Assembly (NCBI GenBank): GCA_040081555.1
Contig: JBEBGG010000004.1
Coordinates: 1 to 56,867 of the forward strand
Direction of reading: 5' to 3'
DNA: 56,867 nt
Source of the DNA: Vicinamibacterales bacterium
GTDB lineage: Bacteria; Acidobacteriota; Vicinamibacteria; Vicinamibacterales; CAVVIG01
Shown here piece by piece: positions 54,506 to 56,867 of the stretch. Both the position numbers and the translations under genes were made by a program. The stretch's first letter is position 1. Every line of letters starts with the position of its first letter. A model generated the notes under the pieces. That model was not told where the DNA came from and ran no database searches. It worked only from the letters and a program-made list of their open reading frames with translations.

Positions 54506-56203
54506 TCAGCGCATTCCGGTCGTAGTCGAAGCCGCAACGCCCGGGAGCTCCCACTCGTATCCCGGCGTCATAAGCAGCCGTACGTCCTCGACCGGCGCAC
54601 CGACGGTGAAGTGATACAGGCTCTGGAACGCGTGGCCCTGCAGCCCCATCACTTCATGTACCGCATCGTCGAAGAAGCAGCCGATGCCTGTGCCGCGAAT
54701 GCCCGCGGCCTCGGCCTCGAGATAGAGCATCTGCCCCACAACACCCGACTCCCAGAACAAGCGCCGGTAGGAACTGGCGCCCTCCTCGATGAGTGGCGCT
54801 GCGAATTCAGCAATCATCCCTAGACTGAAGAAACCGTCGGCCGCAATGTTCTGGTCACAGCTGAGACGCCTGGCAAGCCCGCGGCAGTCGCCCACCGCAA
54901 GGCGAGTCAGCGGCAGGTGCGAATGTGCCGGTTCAGCGACAAAATCGCGACCACACGCCTCGCGCAGCGCCGCGCCACCGCTCGCACTCCTGGCAAAGAG
55001 ATAGAGGCCGGGCTCCACACCGGTCACGCGGTGAACGAAAAGCAGGAGATGAATCCGTGGCGGCCACCAGAGCGCGCTCCACGGCCCGCGGCCGTCAGGG
55101 AGCAGCCGCGACAGCATCGCAAAAAAGGCCTCGGCCTCAATCGCGGCGCGCCCATCAAAAGCGACCGCACTTCGACGCTGCAACAGCAACCCGCGAACAT
55201 CAGCAGGCACCGGCGTTACCGCCGACACCGCCGATGCGGCCGCAAGGTCCGGCTGCATTCGAACCCGCGCGGCTGCGAAATGGGCATCACCACCGGACCG
55301 CGTCGCTGCCGCGATCTCGTCGATGCTGGCCCACTCAATATGGTCTTCACTGAGCTGGCTCGCTCGCCCCACCCAGTGTCCCCGGGCCACGGCTGCCGCA
55401 AGCGCAGCGCCTGATCGGAGAGACTCCGGAACCTGCGCCGCCGCCGGCACGACCGCCATGACGCAGCCCGGTTCTTCTCGCTCCGCTTCGAAGAAGTCCG
55501 CGTCGCGGTCCGCGCCAGTGACGGCTCCCGCCTGGGCATGCGACCAGCCTGGTAGCAATTCAGCGCGCCAGCCGTGGACGCGCGCCGCGATGGCGAGCGC
55601 CGCAATCGCGTGACCGAGATCATGCTGACAGTAGCGGAACGCGCGCTCCCCGTACTTCCACGCCTCTCGCCAATGGATCGACGTGAGCGCGACAAGGACA
55701 ATGCTTGAGCCTTCGGTAAGGGCGCGCCATTCGGCAAGGCTGAATACGCAGCGGCGCTCGAGGGCATGCGCGTCGGGCGCGTAGTGACACACCGCCGGCT
55801 CGCCCATGGCTGTATCTGGCACTGGGCCGATGACATAGGCCTCGGTCGGATGTAGGTTGCCGCTGGAAGGATTGACCCGCAACGCCCACCGCGAAGCCCC
55901 GGCCACTTTCCAGGCCGAGAGCCCGAGTGAATAGCGGAGGAGGCCGCCGAGGAAGCCACACGACAACGGCGTCGCCGCCTCGCCGGCGTCATCAAACAGT
56001 TTCGACCAGGTGACGGGTCGTTCGGGAAGGTGGCCGATACCGGAGGTGGGGTCTGGGGGAAGAGGAAAACGCGGCGCCCCTTCATACGAGCGGAAGGGGC
56101 GCGGCTGCGACGCCCAGTCGAGGTACCCCAGCGACCGGGCGTAGCGATTGAAGTGGTGTTTGGTGCTGTCGTGATAGCGGTAGATCTCGCTATCGGCTGA
56201 CAC
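54506..56203 (-). CDS. SagB/ThcOx-like tandem nitroreductase-fold flavoprotein
   Basis: YHDSTKH, LRVNPSSGNLHPTE, WKYGERAFRY, second domain LLQRRSA and GQMLYLEAEAAG..GTGIGCFFDD. Confidence 0.85.
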   Translation of the reverse strand: MSADSEIYRYHDSTKHHFNRYARSLGYLDWASQPRPFRSYEGAPRFPLPPDPTSGIGHLPERPVTWSKLFDDAGEAATPLSCGFLGGLLRYSLGLSAWKVAGASRWALRVNPSSGNLHPTEAYVIGPVPDTAMGEPAVCHYAPDAHALERRCVFSLAEWRALTEGSSIVLVALTSIHWREAWKYGERAFRYCQHDLGHAIAALAIAARVHGWRAELLPGWSHAQAGAVTGADRDADFFEAEREEPGCVMAVVPAAAQVPESLRSGAALAAAVARGHWVGRASQLSEDHIEWASIDEIAAATRSGGDAHFAAARVRMQPDLAAASAVSAVTPVPADVRGLLLQRRSAVAFDGRAAIEAEAFFAMLSRLLPDGRGPWSALWWPPRIHLLLFVHRVTGVEPGLYLFARSASGGAALREACGRDFVAEPAHSHLPLTRLAVGDCRGLARRLSCDQNIAADGFFSLGMIAEFAAPLIEEGASSYRRLFWESGVVGQMLYLEAEAAGIRGTGIGCFFDDAVHEVMGLQGHAFQSLYHFTVGAPVEDVRLLMTPGYEWELPGVAASTTTGMR

Positions 56204-56459
56204 TCATCGCTTTCATGCGGCGAGTCACTTCTTCGAGCGCCTGCCCGATCTGTGCCTTGCGCCGTTCGTGCGTGGTCGTGGCGAGCTGCCCTTCAAGTTC
56301 GAGCTTGGCGAGCCGCAGGGACTCCCTCCCTCTCACCACTTCGGGGTCTTCCTGGCTGACCCGTCCCTCACGCGCCTGGCTGCGTTCGCGCTCGAGCTCT
56401 TCCATGCGCTCTTGAATTCGTGCATCCGCGTCGATCAATCCTTCGCCGGCGTCACCCAT
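56190..56459 (-). CDS. Small charged coiled-coil hypothetical protein
   Basis: 89 aa, E/R-rich heptad pattern, GGAG upstream; overlaps the flavoprotein start by 14 nt. Confidence 0.7.
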   Translation of the reverse strand: MGDAGEGLIDADARIQERMEELERERSQAREGRVSQEDPEVVRGRESLRLAKLELEGQLATTTHERRKAQIGQALEEVTRRMKAMSVSR

Positions 56460-56512
56460 GAATGCGTGGCTCCATCTAAATCAAAGTGAAGGCTCATTAT
56501 AAGATGCCTTCC

Positions 56513-56854
56513 GTGAGCGCCCGTGTGAATTCGGACCCACTGGCGCTGTTTCATCCCGCGGTTCGTGACTGGTTTACCTCGTCGTTTCCAGAACCCACGC
56601 GTCCGCAGACGCTCGGCTGGCCCGCCATCGCTCGGGGTGAGTCGACCCTCATCCTCTCCCCGACGGGCAGCGGCAAGACCCTCACCGCCTTCCTGTGGGC
56701 ACTCAACCGGCTCACCACCACCGAACCACCAGAAGCCGCCGCCCGTACCCGGCTGCTGTACATCTCCCCGTTGCGGGCGCTGGCGGTGGAGCAGTCGCTG
56801 GTGCCGGCGCTTCGGGCGCGGCCGCCTGCAACAGGAGAGCTGCGAGGATCGTAA
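56513..56854 (+). pseudogene. N-terminal fragment of an Lhr-type DEAD/DEAH helicase with a premature stop
   Basis: FHPAVRDWF..PTRPQ..GWPAIA, Walker A SPTGSGKT and motif Ia LYISPLRALA, followed by unrelated residues and TAA at 56852-56854. Confidence 0.6.
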
Positions 56855-56867
56855 GCGTCATTGGATA

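Noticed and set aside
56190-56459. 89-aa ORF as a RiPP precursor for the SagB-like enzyme
   Set aside because: No Cys, no Ser/Thr-rich core, no leader motif, and no YcaO nearby; it looks like a coiled coil.

Overview
A GC-rich bacterial housekeeping region. It most resembles Acidobacteriota (Vicinamibacteria-like); this is an inference from the Cys-rich RpoB insertion, the EF-Tu form and the gene style. From left to right: a membrane Ser/Thr kinase (cut by the window edge), a secreted His-rich TPR-like protein and an RluA/RluD pseudouridine synthase. Next is a ~32 kb minus-strand run, read in transcription order: TPR - putative LolB-position lipoprotein - ispE - tRNA-Gln - prs - rplY - pth - rpsF - rpsR - rplI - dnaB - alr - radA - PIN/TRAM - plsC - ispDF - gltX - rlmB - tRNA Thr/Tyr/Gly/Thr - tuf - rpmG - tRNA-Trp - secE - nusG - rplKAJL - rpoBC - SUI1/yciH. 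Then come a small plus-strand LPS cluster (Trm112-like, GT9 heptosyltransferase, O-antigen ligase, stand-alone HldE kinase), purH, a cold-shock protein and a complex I operon. The window ends with a SagB-like flavoprotein and a truncated Lhr helicase. No mobile element, CRISPR array or rRNA was seen. The most striking locus is the complex I operon: nuoA-B-C-[gmhA]-D-E-F-H-J-K-L-M-N. An intact phosphoheptose isomerase overlaps both nuoC and nuoD, nuoG and nuoI are absent with no room at their usual positions, and a near-perfect Rex-type operator sits upstream of nuoA. Other notable signals are degenerate 7-nt repeat arrays abutting the ribosome-binding regions of r-protein genes, a double zinc-ribbon insertion in RpoB, an atypical EF-Tu switch I and loss of the L10 leader position. 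All calls come from reading sequence and motifs by eye; no database searches were run.
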